The position numbers and the translations under genes are program-made. Shown here in pieces: positions 52,294 to 64,000 of a stretch of 64,000 nucleotides of DNA. The notes beneath the pieces were generated by a model that ran no database searches, was not told the origin of the DNA, and was given only the letters and a program-made list of their open reading frames with translations. Origin of the DNA: Paragordius varius (Eukaryota; Animalia; Nematomorpha); contig OZ176057.1 of NCBI GenBank assembly GCA_964247055.1, forward strand, positions 5,208,001 through 5,272,000. Reading direction: 5' to 3'. Within the stretch, counting starts at the first letter, position 1. Each line of letters starts with the position of its first letter.

Positions 52294-53219
52294 ATTTGGT
52301 ATTATTTTTCGATTTTACCATTAGCCACATGTCACGTTGACTACTTTTCGGTTTTAGCTAAAAATAACTAATATCAAGTATTTTTGAATAAATATTTCTA
52401 TATATTTCGGTTTATTAATGCTATATAAGTGCAAAATTTTACCATGGTTTCGATTCTTTCCATATTTTTTAGGTAATTTTTTTTAAACAGGCCTGGGGTA
52501 AACTACCCCTATTTGAATCGAAGGACTAAAATGAATGTGTTGTATCCAACTGTAAAGCATTTTTCTCTTTAATTGTATTTTATTTGGCAAATTTTAACAA
52601 AAACCTATCAATCTTTTTAAATTGTTATTTAGTTGTTCATATTACAAAATTCATAATTATATTTCTTACAAGGTTTGCGTGGCTCTAATTTAAATTTTTT
52701 TAAAAAAAATTTTTCAAGTTTTCATTGGGGAGGAAGTTAACATTGATAGGTTATCATGTGTAACAAGTTATATTTTGAAGCCAAAATTGATTGACAAAGC
52801 CGGGGTTCTATTGCCGACTTTATATAGTAAGAAATGATATAATTAATATGTGGATAATTAATGAATTATCATATTAAATATCATAGATAAATTATACATC
52901 CCTAAGATGCGACTGGTGAAAGTGCCATCATTATATTTAATGGCAACTTAATATGGTATTATTAGCCTACTATTGCAATTAGAAGTCATAGTACTTCCTA
53001 TCAGGCAATTGGTGACTTTGTGAAACGAAAATATTAAAAGGACAGTGTTAACCACATTTCATAGTTTGAGACGCGTTTCGTCCTTGTTCTGGATTTATCA
53101 GCCACCCATAATGAACACGTGTAAACACTGTGAGTAGAAAGTTTTGTATATAGATACAGAGTATATTAAGTTTTAAGAATAAATGTTTATTTTATAAAAA
53201 ATAGTTCGACTTGATATTA

Positions 53220-53512
53220 CAGGGAAAATTGAAATTATACGGACAAAACGTAAAAATATAAAGACAGATATTCTTTCCTAAAAGACAACCATAATTTTTC
53301 AAATCTTAATTTTTCCTCTACAACCTATTTAATTATGAATGTAAGATATGAAATTAATTGTATTAGTAATATATCTGTATTTCACACTTTTCCATATTAA
53401 ATAATAAGTTCTAATCGAAAAAATCAAAATTTAAAACGTATGTTTGCCTTTTAGAAAAAAATATTAATATTTATATTTTCACGTTTTGTCCGTATAATTT
53501 CAATTTTTACTG
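53220..53512. mobile_element. Tc1/mariner-type MITE (TIR CAGTAAAAATTGAAATTATACGGACAAAA); further copy 58077-58283, fragments near 54830-54885, 58350, 59970, 62899-63180, 63380
   Basis: Long TIRs flanked by TA on both sides; family repeated across 53-63.5 kb. Confidence 0.75.
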
Positions 53513-54162
53513 TAATTACCTTGCCCGCCCTAATCGGGTAAAAAGTAGGGGGTTAAAAACTATAGTAAATACGCTGTGTATTATCACTGTTTATTTATAT
53601 AAATTCGGTTATATAGATATATTAAAATATATATAAATATATATATTTATATATGTTTATTAAAATACTCGACTTGATACAAATTCTTTACCACCAAAAT
53701 TTCTTGGTTAAAAAAAAATGTGGATGTGTATTAATTAATAATTGCTCAAAAACGCTTAACATCATCGATCTCAGATAAGATACAAATCCAATAAATTTAA
53801 TTATTTTACTTAATATAAAAAATATTAAAACATTGCAAGATAATTATAGGAAAAAAGCAAAAAGTGAATCCTATATGCATGATCTATTTGTGTGTTTATA
53901 TAACATTTCTATCCATAAAAACACATATGTGTATCATTTTTACATTATTTTTCCACAAAAAATAACCTATCAAAAAGGGGGGGGTGGTTGACGCTTGCGC
54001 AAAGGGTATCTTCTTCCCGGGTTTTGGTTTTCGACTACAACACTTTGACTAGGGGTAATTTTACTTGGTGATGTGTCTGATTGCATTGTAATTTTTCCTC
54101 TATAAGCCATTTAATTACGAATGTAAGATATAAAATGATTGTGTTAATAATATATATCTGTA

Positions 54163-54757
54163 CAAGCGTAAATCTCGTGCTGCTACGCAGCCCGAGGAAG
54201 TCCTTCCGACTTCTGGGTAGGGGGGGGGGGGGGCTATTGGAAAAACGGGACAATAAAATGATCCATATAAGTGGATTATTTCGAAACATTATTTAATAGA
54301 TATGATTTTATAGGAATTTTAAAACGGAGCATTCATACTAATATAATGTTTAATTGGGGAAAAATAGATTTAAAAAATTATTTTTGTGGACTTTTTTTAA
54401 AAATGGCATTCTACGGGGGGAGATGGTAAAAAGAGGGACTAAATCAAAAAAGCGAGACTGATATGTTCGGCGCAATCGAAAATAAGTAAACAAAAATTAT
54501 ATTTGAAATTGAATGATCCAACACGTTCTCCAGAAAAATGTCAAAGACACCAGTTTTGTGGACTTCTGTTTTAAAAAAAAACCGTTTTTCACACGGGGTG
54601 GGCCCGAACTGGGGGCCTATTTTAAAAAAAGGGCGAAGCTATTGTCGGGGCATTCATTAATGAATATATTTTTTCGATGTTTGGATTTGAATGGGTCTAC
54701 CGGTTTTCCTGTACCAGATCACAAAGCCAGCATTTTCCATTTTTTTAAATATATAGA
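54163..54757 (-). mobile_element. Solo 595-bp non-autonomous Helitron of the same family as the 27-40 kb array
   Basis: Same 5' end TCTATATATTT, same 3' hairpin, CTTG in place of CTAG, A|T insertion site; contains a single diverged monomer. Confidence 0.85.
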
Positions 54758-56456
54758 TTTCTCACTTTTTAATATTAAATAATGAAATATATTCAAAAAA
54801 GAGATTTAAAAACTATAGAGTTGTCTTTTCGAAAAAAAAATTTGTCTTTATATTTTTGCGCTTTGTCCGTATAATTTCTACTGTAAAATAATCAAATTCA
54901 AACCGTGGTTATGACCACTAATAAATGGGTGATCTTTTATGTATTATGTAAAATAATAACTTATAAATACCCATTTTTTGAAATAAAATTTTGAAATACG
55001 CCGCCCCTTTAACTATGGCGCCCGGGGCATCAGCCCCCCTTTCCTTCCCCCTAGCTACACCTCTGATCTCGAACTAATCAATAATAACTTTCGTTATTTA
55101 CTTTCAAAAACATTTATACATTATTTGTGAGTGAGAATTAAAACTTGCCTCTATAAATTACTTGTTTTTTAGGTAAATATGGAATTGCTGGTTTAACTTT
55201 TTTTGCTAACCGAAATAGTAAAATTTTTCTAATCAAAAATATCTTTTCTAGCATTCATATGGTGGATATACAATTTTTAGCAGCGTTTGTGTCACTTTAC
55301 AAAAATATTAATAAAGAAACGTACTGTAACAAAAATTAATTTAACTCTATAAAAAGACAACCATAATTAGTTTCCATCACAAATAAAATTTTCAAAATCA
55401 ATAATAATAAAAAAGGACCTAAATATGCTTTAGAAATGATAACTATAATATAATATTCCCAGAGTTACGCTATCATAAATGTAGCGCGTTGAAAAATAGC
55501 ATTTACTCTTTAATCTCTCCCCTGGTTTTCCAATAAAATACATATATAATTGGCATGATAAATATTATTAGCTACAGAGCAGACATACTGATGTATGCAA
55601 AAGCCAAAACCATCATTAAAAAATATAAATTTCCCTGTTTTCAATACAATAAATTTTTATTTTAATTTTATATAGATATAGACCAAGAATTACCTTTTTG
55701 ATATCTAAATATAGGATAAAAGATTTCTATTAGATATCTGCTTACGTCAATGTGGTCGATATATATATATATATTTATATATATATATATACATATCATT
55801 TAATCAAATTTAGTACAAAATTTTGAGTATTGCTTAACTGTATATAGAAAATCATCTACTATGCATGCTTAATTAGAAAAAATGAAAATTTTTACTATAT
55901 CTATTTCGAAAATTACAATTACATATATTTTTATAAATAATTGGTCAACAAATAGATTTTTATCAAAAATTTAGCCGTTTTTAACCTTATTTTTTTTATA
56001 TATCTATTATATTGGTTTTTGGAGGTTGCCTTTTCCCACTATTATTCGTAATTTGTCTAATGTCCATATTTTTTTCTGTCTAGAGACAAAAAAAGCTTGC
56101 ATGGACAAAAATCGATATATATATGTATTTTATTTTTGATGTATTATTAAAATAAATTTTATTGTTTATATTTTTATCACTTTTGGTTATGTGAAAAATA
56201 TATTAGAAGCATATATAGGTGTGTTCAAATCAATTATTGAAAATTTTATTTTTATTATTGCATGTGCTAAGTTTTATATTGGAAAAAAAGTTTTTTATTA
56301 TAATAATTTAAGCCCCCTCCTTTAAGATTATTATTCCTGCGTACCAAATCTGTAAATCTAAAATGACCATGCAATAAATTATTATATTTTGTTTTCAACC
56401 TTTTAAATTAATTCTGATATATCATTATTCCATAAATAAAACAACATATATACGAT

Positions 56457-59400
56457 ATGCATTACCCCAATTTGTCATCACTCATATTTAGCATTATGTT
56501 CGTTTGTATGAAATATTCAGTAAATACATCACTTATATCTAAATCAAATTTATCCTCCCTTAATAGGGTACATCGATCAGATATTTCACCCACAATAATA
56601 TACTCTGAAAAGGGTTATTTAGATTCCAAGGATTCATCTGTTTTTAATTCAGTAGATGAGGGCAGTTTTGATAAACGGAGTGTTAATACCTCATTAGCCA
56701 ATATTAAGGGATGTCCGGCCAGTTGTTTATGTATAACACAAAAAATTATACCATACTTTGAAACGATATTGTCGTCAACAACGGAAAAGACTTTGACAAA
56801 GGCAGTTTCCACAGAAAATTCTCAATTGTCAGTCAACGAAAACGCTGTTAAAAATTGGATGGGACGTTTGGAAAGTTTCGGACATTCAACGAAAAACAAT
56901 GATTTTGTCAATAATAACTACTACCTACATAGTTAAGATTATTGTTCTTAAATGTTTTCGCTCATAATTTGTGGAAGGAATGATTATTTAACATTAGAAA
57001 CTAAGATTATGCGGATGCGTAAAATATGGAAGTCATATTTATTTTTCAAATGATCGCTGTTTATAAATATTATCTTAAACTGATCATGAAATAGACATGA
57101 AAATTGGTAAACAAAATTAACTTGTAATAATTTTAATAGGAAAAATTATGGTTCAAAAAAGTAAGGTTTTCTATTAATAAAATATTTGTCTTTTTTGAGT
57201 TTTGTCTATATGATTTCAATTTTTAACATTAAAAAGTAAAATTGAAATACATTATATAGACTCCTTAGGAAAAATAAAATCTATCTCAAGTTCAAAGTTT
57301 CATTTTTGAAAACTATTCCTATAATATTGATTTGGATCGAATTTTCGTGCAAAGACAAAGAGATACGGTTTTTATTTTTAATTAATTTTTCCAATATATA
57401 TCTATAAATTAATAGTATCGATGCCACAGATGGTCTATCTTTTATTTCTAACTTTTTGCACGGTATAAAATGCATATTTGGAAATAAAAATTGAAAAATA
57501 AAGCTAAATTATGTTTAACACTCCATTACCTTTTGATTTATATCTCAGTGTTTAGAAAATATCTCCAAAAGGTATTAAACCAATTTTAAAATGCTTTCTA
57601 TAGTATTTTAGGCGCATAACAGAAATTTTTTTTAAGAATGGTGAAAAAATTCCCATCTCCAACTTTTTCCGCCAATTTTTTCCATTATTTTTTTAAATCG
57701 CCAATGCAACAGGCAAATAAATGTATTTTATGGTTAGAAAATGTAAATAGTCATTATAAAAGGTTTCATTCTACATTTTACCATCAAAAAGTTGATATAT
57801 TTTGATTTTAATATCAGCTGTTCATCCTAATCGTGTTTTGGAGGTGCGTAATTTTAGAGTCTAGAACTCGCAAAATTTTTACAATCTTTTAATACATGAG
57901 AAATATGTATGATAATTAAATTTTATTATACTTCTAAAACTGTAGGTTTTCAAAAAATAGATGGGATATAAAACTACCCCAAAATAAATGTAACAAGGAC
58001 AAAAAGTAAAAAGTTGTGTTTAAAGTTATGGACTCAAAGATGGATTCAAATTTTTATTTTTTCCTATCAAATATTACAGTAAAAATTGAAATTATACGAA
58101 CAAAACGTAAAAATATAAAGACAAATATTTTTTCTTTTTATATTAATATAACTCATTATTATAAATGATAAAGTGTGTAGAGATATATAATACTAAAAAA
58201 ATCAATTGTTTACAATTAGTATGTTTGTTTGAAAATATTTTTTATATTTTTACGTTTTGTCCGTATAATTTTAATTTTTACGGTAATACAACTTGTTTAT
58301 AGTTAAAAATTAAACTGTTCTCTATTGTTTTCATTTTTGGGATTTATATACAGTAAAAATTTACAAACAGACAAAATGCCCAAATATATCATCAAAAGAC
58401 AACCATACTTTTTTAAAGCATTTTTACTACAAAACCTAAATAAACACGTTTGTAAAATATATGAATGATTGTGTAACTAATCATTTCTATTTCTATTTAA
58501 AACAATGAGTTATTACAAAAAAATCAGGTTCAACGAAGTATGGTTATGTCTTTATGTTATAGCATTTTGTGTGTCTGTATGAATTCACTTTTTACTGTAT
58601 ATCCAAAAAATAACAAAAACAGCAATTTTTTGGATATTTTTTTACGAAAAATCCTATAATCACATTTTTAGTGGATGAAACCGATGAGCCCAATGCGACC
58701 CCTGGAAGACAAACTATTTCACGAGGAACGACAGATGGATCGACTAAAGTTCCACTTGAGATGGGTACTGTCGTGATATGTTCCATGACAGATCTTAAAA
58801 TTCTACCTAGAGGATTACCCAAAAACACAATCAAATTAGGTTTATTTTTTTCATAAATTGATATTTTTCACGTTTGAAATGTTAATTCGGGTTCTTATAC
58901 TAAATTTTGCATAATTATGGTTATATTCCGTAAAAATCCAAAAATATATGAATTTTATATGAATTGCATTTGAGAAAATTTGCGTGCTCAGTTATGTAAA
59001 ATTGAATTTATGACTTTACTTTTTATGGAAAAACAGTGAAGTAAAAAGTATATTAAAAATAACCCAATCCATTTCTCTAAAATATGTAGGAAAAAGGTAT
59101 ATTATTATATATTAAACAAATTTAAAACAATAAATAAGGTGTGCAAACATATGCATAATTAAAGAAAAACAAAAAAATTTAATAACCGTATACCGCGGTT
59201 GCAGTTTCAAAATCCGTCCTAGAACCGTTTCCCTTTAAACAATTGTTTACAAATGTAATTATAGGCTGTTTTTAAAAAACAAAAAAATTGATAAAATATT
59301 GATATTATCCTTTTCGGCTATTTTATTGTATATGTAACGAATGACATCTTTTAAAGTTAAAATTAAGCGAACAAAACGCTTTCTTTATATGGTATATATA

Positions 59401-62400
59401 AGACTAACTATCATATGGATATTTGAATGCACCTTACATCTAATTACTAAAAAAAGGTAATGAAATGGAAAACGAAACGAAACAATTTTTTTTAAATGAA
59501 AAAAAAAAACATCTATACTGTAGCTATAGGTATCATGTTCACCCTTTCGGTTGGAATCCTGAGGGGCTACAGATAAAATGATGGGCGTTTTAATTCTTTT
59601 ACAAAAAATGGTTCTGATTTTAGTTTTATTATGTTTTATACGAATGATTGGTTTCGGAAATCGTTTTTTAAACAAAATGGTTAAATATTCGCTCCTAATT
59701 AGTATTAAGAAATAATCAATGTATTACAACAAAATGCAATACCAAAATAATGTGTGTTAAAACACTGGACACATTTATAACATTGTTTGTTATTTAACGA
59801 TTCCTAAAAAAATTCGTTTCGGTGTCACAAAAAGATTTGGTTTTCCCTACTTCTACCTATTTAAAAATTTTCTAAATTAAATTTTAAATAAATGTTCTTT
59901 TTTCATATGATTGTATGGTATTTTCAAAACATTTTCCCTAACTATTACTAATTAACAATAGAATTTAAATTATACGGACAAAAGGTAAAAAAATATATGA
60001 AAATTTTTTTCTAAAAGACAACCATAATTTATTACAATATTAGCCAAAACGAAAGAAATAGCATTCATATAGATCTAGGTGTAAAAAGCGTCTTATAATT
60101 GCATTGCATTTCGATAAATTTCCTAATTTATAAAAAAAATTGTTTAGATTTAAGCCAAAACGAAATATCCTTTATACCGAGTCGGGCTTTCGATAACTTG
60201 CCCATACAACACCTCATTTTGGATAACAATGAGATTCGCGAAATTAAGGCATACGCTTTCACAGGCATGAAATATCTAAAAACACTCCTCATGAAAAATA
60301 ATCCTTTGGATGTTTTGGGCCAAAATAGTATGAGCGGTATCGTGGGCGCCAGAACGATAAACTTGGAATCCAATCATATCGATAGGATTGAACGGGAAGC
60401 ATTTGAAGGTTTTTCATTTTTATTGTGTCGTTTAGAATGTTTACATTCAAGTTTAGTATCAGATACTTTTGTACACTTTGACATGGCATGGGGTATTTGT
60501 AGATTCTATTCTGGGTAGATATATTTTTCAGACATCTTAATTTAATTTATTGCTAATACGTAACATATAGTTGATAACTCATATGACCAAGAATACTAAA
60601 AATATACCCTTCTGTTTTTATTTAATTTTCTATTTTCACCCTATACTCATGCCAAAATTAGGGTCAATCATGCAGGTTTTCTAATTCACAATATTTTTAG
60701 ATAGAACCAGATTTAAGGACTCAAAAAATAACTGATGCGTAAAATATACTTATAGAACTGATTTCAGCACTCGGCAAATCTAAACAATTTTACATAAATT
60801 AATATGGCTAAGACTTTGCTGATCAAGCTTATGATGGTTTAAGGTTTTTCAAATTAAAGCTTATATAAAATGTGAAAAAATTATTACAATAAAATCATTA
60901 GATTTTAAAATTTTTATAATATTTGTTTATTGAGATTATTAATCCAGTATCAGTTTTGTTCTAAACGCTTTAGATTTTTTAAAATCTTATGTTAACACCT
61001 TTACACCCAGAATGAAGAAATAAAAATATGTTTATTAGATTCAAAACTTAGATTTCATAATTAAAAGCACGTTAGTTTTATATCGATAAATTTTTTGTTT
61101 CCATACTTAGTTACGAACGGTATCATCGCATTTTTAAGGGGCCAATGTATAGAAACTAAGCGTAATTTGACAAAATACTCATTAAATATATTTCATGATA
61201 ATTACGAAATGTTATATTTTTTGAATTTAAATAACTAATTTTTGGATTTTAAATGCTTTACTTTACATTTTGAATTTATAAAATTAGCAAAGTTTCTGCA
61301 ATTTTTTGAAATCCGAAAGTCCCTTTTTAATTTTACGATTTCATAATTATATTTTAACCTTAAATTTGGCTCACCATTATTATATATAATATATGCAAGC
61401 TCCTTTGACATGCAAAGTTTAATATTCATAATTATTTTTAATTTTTCGAAAAATAAAACTGTCAAGCGTTTAGAAACTCGAAAAAATTGGGCGTATTTTT
61501 TTATACCAATACTAATATTGTAATAGATAGCATGGATATCGAATCAATAAATTTGTCAGAGAACCCATTGACTTATATAAAAACTAAAGCGTTTCGTGGC
61601 CTTAAAAACGTACAGTATATAACAATTACTAAAACGGGCATTAAACATTTGGAGCCAGGATGTTTTGATGGCCTTGAAAATGTTAATCACATTCAATTCA
61701 GTCAGCTACCTTTGAATGAAATACTTCCAAACACTTTCCGTGGACTGAGAAACGTAGAATCTTTAGTGTTTAGAATGGGCCGACTAACACGCATCCATAA
61801 TCATGCGTTTCGGGATGCCCATAATATTCGATCGCTAACTTTTGTTCAAATGGGTATAGAATCGTTAGCGCCCAAAGCTTTCAGTGACATGAGTTTAGGG
61901 CGTGCTAAACCAATCTATCGAAGGCTTAAGCTGAATAAACCGCTGGGCCTTTTTCAAAGGTACAGCAGTAGCCAAAACTCAATAATAAATCCAGAGTATT
62001 CAACTTTAACGCAAGCTTCCTTGCCCGAAAATGAAGCTACAATTTTAGCTGGGAGTCGAGGTTTTAAAATTCCAATTATGAACTTAAATCTGTCACGCAA
62101 TAAGATACAAACGTTTCATCCCTTACATTTCATTGATTTCGCCACTTATGTCAAGATGTTAGACATTACAGCCAATCCCATAGTATGTGATTGTAGATTA
62201 GCTTGGGTACCTTTGGCTAAACACTTTTACAAATTAACAACGCATCACAATTCACAAAAGATTAGCACCGCCCCTAATAATAAATTCTTATCTCCTCTCA
62301 AAGCCAACAATAAAAATGTTAACTTAACCTCAATCCCACTATTTTACTTTAACCCCGAACAGATTGGACAAATTATATGTCAGGAACCGTCGGAATACAG

Positions 62401-62599
62401 GGGTCGTCAAGCCGAAACGCTAAATTTTGTTGAGGATTTTAATTGCACAACGATGAGCGCCGAAGATTTAATTCAAATTGTCACAAAAGATTTAGCATCT
62501 AATGCCTTAAAGTTGGAAATTATTTGTACTGACTTAAAGCTCTTTTTCACAATACTCCTATGTGCCCACATATTAATTGATAAACATATCAATCAATAA
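56457..62599 (+). CDS. Extracellular leucine-rich repeat protein (signal peptide, LRRNT, ~10-11 LRRs, LRRCT, hydrophobic C-tail), ~658 aa, 4 exons
   Basis: Exons 56457-56931, 58672-58839, 60148-60408, 61527-62599, joined by three phase-1 GT-AG introns, total 1977 nt in frame; CPASCLC...VICS...LPRGLP, LxLxxNxI repeats, ANPIVCDCRLAW...ICQEPSEYRG. Confidence 0.85.
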
Positions 62600-64000
62600 A
62601 TTGCATATTTGCAGAATTAAGTAAACCGTTTATTTTGTAATTAACAACCAAAACGATATAAATTTTCGCAAAAAAATCATTACCGAAATATCTAATATAG
62701 TATACATTTATTATATTCTATTCGCACTCCCTCAGATAGATATAAAGCATATATTTAGTTCCAATCATTCTCCCACGTTCCCAATCCACGAATGAAATGA
62801 ATTCGTTCGATAAATAATAAACATTCTGTTTGCGACCATTTTGTTCGACTTTAACAGCGGTTGGATTCTGGTTATATTTGATCTAAGGAGCATGCATACA
62901 GTAAAAAATAAATATATATATACGGACAAAACGTAAAAATATTAAGACAAATGTTTTTTTGCTGAAATACAACCATAACATTTTTAAGCTTAACCGATAT
63001 AATTCATTGTTTTAAATTGCAAAGTTGGAAATCGACATGTAAATTGTTAGCTCAATCATATAAGTGCATAACAATTAAAAAATAAAACAATACAAATATA
63101 GTAAAAACTAAAGTTTAAAAACAAGTATGTTGTCTCTTAAAAAAATATATTTGACTTTTTTACATTTTGCCTGTAAAACTTGAATTAAATCCTAAAACTA
63201 AATTTTGTTTTAAGCAAATATTAACCGTAGTTTTTGGTCTTTTAGGCATAATACAGCGTTCCACAATATCGTGTTTCCGTGCTTTGATAAAGCAAATGGT
63301 TTGAGTCGCATTGTAATGGTATATGACATCCAATCGTATCTAAATAATTATATATAACAATTTTTTTCATAATAATTAGCACGTACAATAAAATTGAAAT
63401 TATACGGACAAAATGAAAAACCAAATACATTTAATTGCTATAAAACAAAGATAACAACCCTTGAACCATCACTTTGAATTACAAATAGGAGCTATTTATA
63501 AAAAATATAAAAATTTAAAATTGTCAACAAACTACCATTATAATTTTTTCTCAAGTATTTTTAGGATTTTCAATGGTAAGAAACTGTTGGTAAATAAAAA
63601 AAGTATTTTGGTAAAAAAAATAAAATTATTGAATTTCACAATAATTATTTGACATCAATTATTTTTTTAAAATCGGCTGCATGTTTTGATTGTATTGGAA
63701 GGTCTATAAAGTTTAGATTTAAATTTGTAAATCTGGATAGATTGGGTAAGCGCCTTTTATTAAATGTTTGACTTGTTTAAAAATATCTTATATTTTTAAT
63801 CAAAAAAAGCTTTTCAGATTTAAATTTTATTCTTTTCATATGTTACATAAAATGTGCACTTACATCAGAATCTGCCATAAGTTGAGGGTGGGGTAGGACT
63901 TGAAAAATATTTCGTAGAAACAAAAAATTTTCTAATGATATCGAGCCCTTGGCCAATAGTGTATCACCTGAAGTCCTACGGGTTAAATCAAACAATAAAT

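Noticed and set aside
45085-52300. Target-site duplication of the Gypsy element
   Set aside because: Flanks (tttat/attgt vs atttg) give no clean 4-5 bp match, so no TSD is claimed
56615-61465. Antisense or intronic ORFs (56615-56812, 57281-57475, 58592-58834, 59385-59675, 60128-60373, 60289-60489, 61235-61465)
   Set aside because: They are shadows of LRR exons or AT-rich intron frames with no motifs
56457-62599. Variable lymphocyte receptor (VLR) or a named gene such as chaoptin or slit
   Set aside because: Only the generic LRR architecture is shared; there is no cassette array nearby and orthology cannot be assigned without a search

Overview
AT-rich eukaryotic (most likely invertebrate animal) genomic DNA; there are no prokaryotic operons, CRISPR arrays or rRNA/tRNA genes I can support. 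(1) 1-15.5 kb: a minus-strand spliced gene built from symmetric phase-1/phase-1 exons, with 72-88 aa beta-rich (FN3/Ig-like) domain exons and 51-bp Ser/Thr/Pro linker exons. It was expanded by nested tandem duplications (~7.1-8.5 kb and ~1.4 kb units). The duplicated domain exons have diverged far more than their introns, almost all by amino-acid-changing, frame-preserving changes. (2) 16.9-23.5 kb: an older ~3.1 kb tandem duplication of apparently non-coding DNA. (3) 25.3-27 kb: a decayed RTE-type LINE. (4) 27268-40682: a 13.4 kb array of ~28 monomers of ~478 bp, bounded by canonical Helitron termini. It carries three extra internal Helitron 5' ends, each with the same 61-bp foreign flank, and shows higher-order structure; a 595-bp single-monomer copy lies at 54163-54757. 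(5) 41-52.5 kb: hAT relics and a nest of MITE > Ty3/Gypsy LTR element > RTE LINE. (6) 56457-62599: an intact-looking 4-exon extracellular leucine-rich-repeat gene (~658 aa) with unusually large insertions. All exon calls and counts were made by eye, without database searches.
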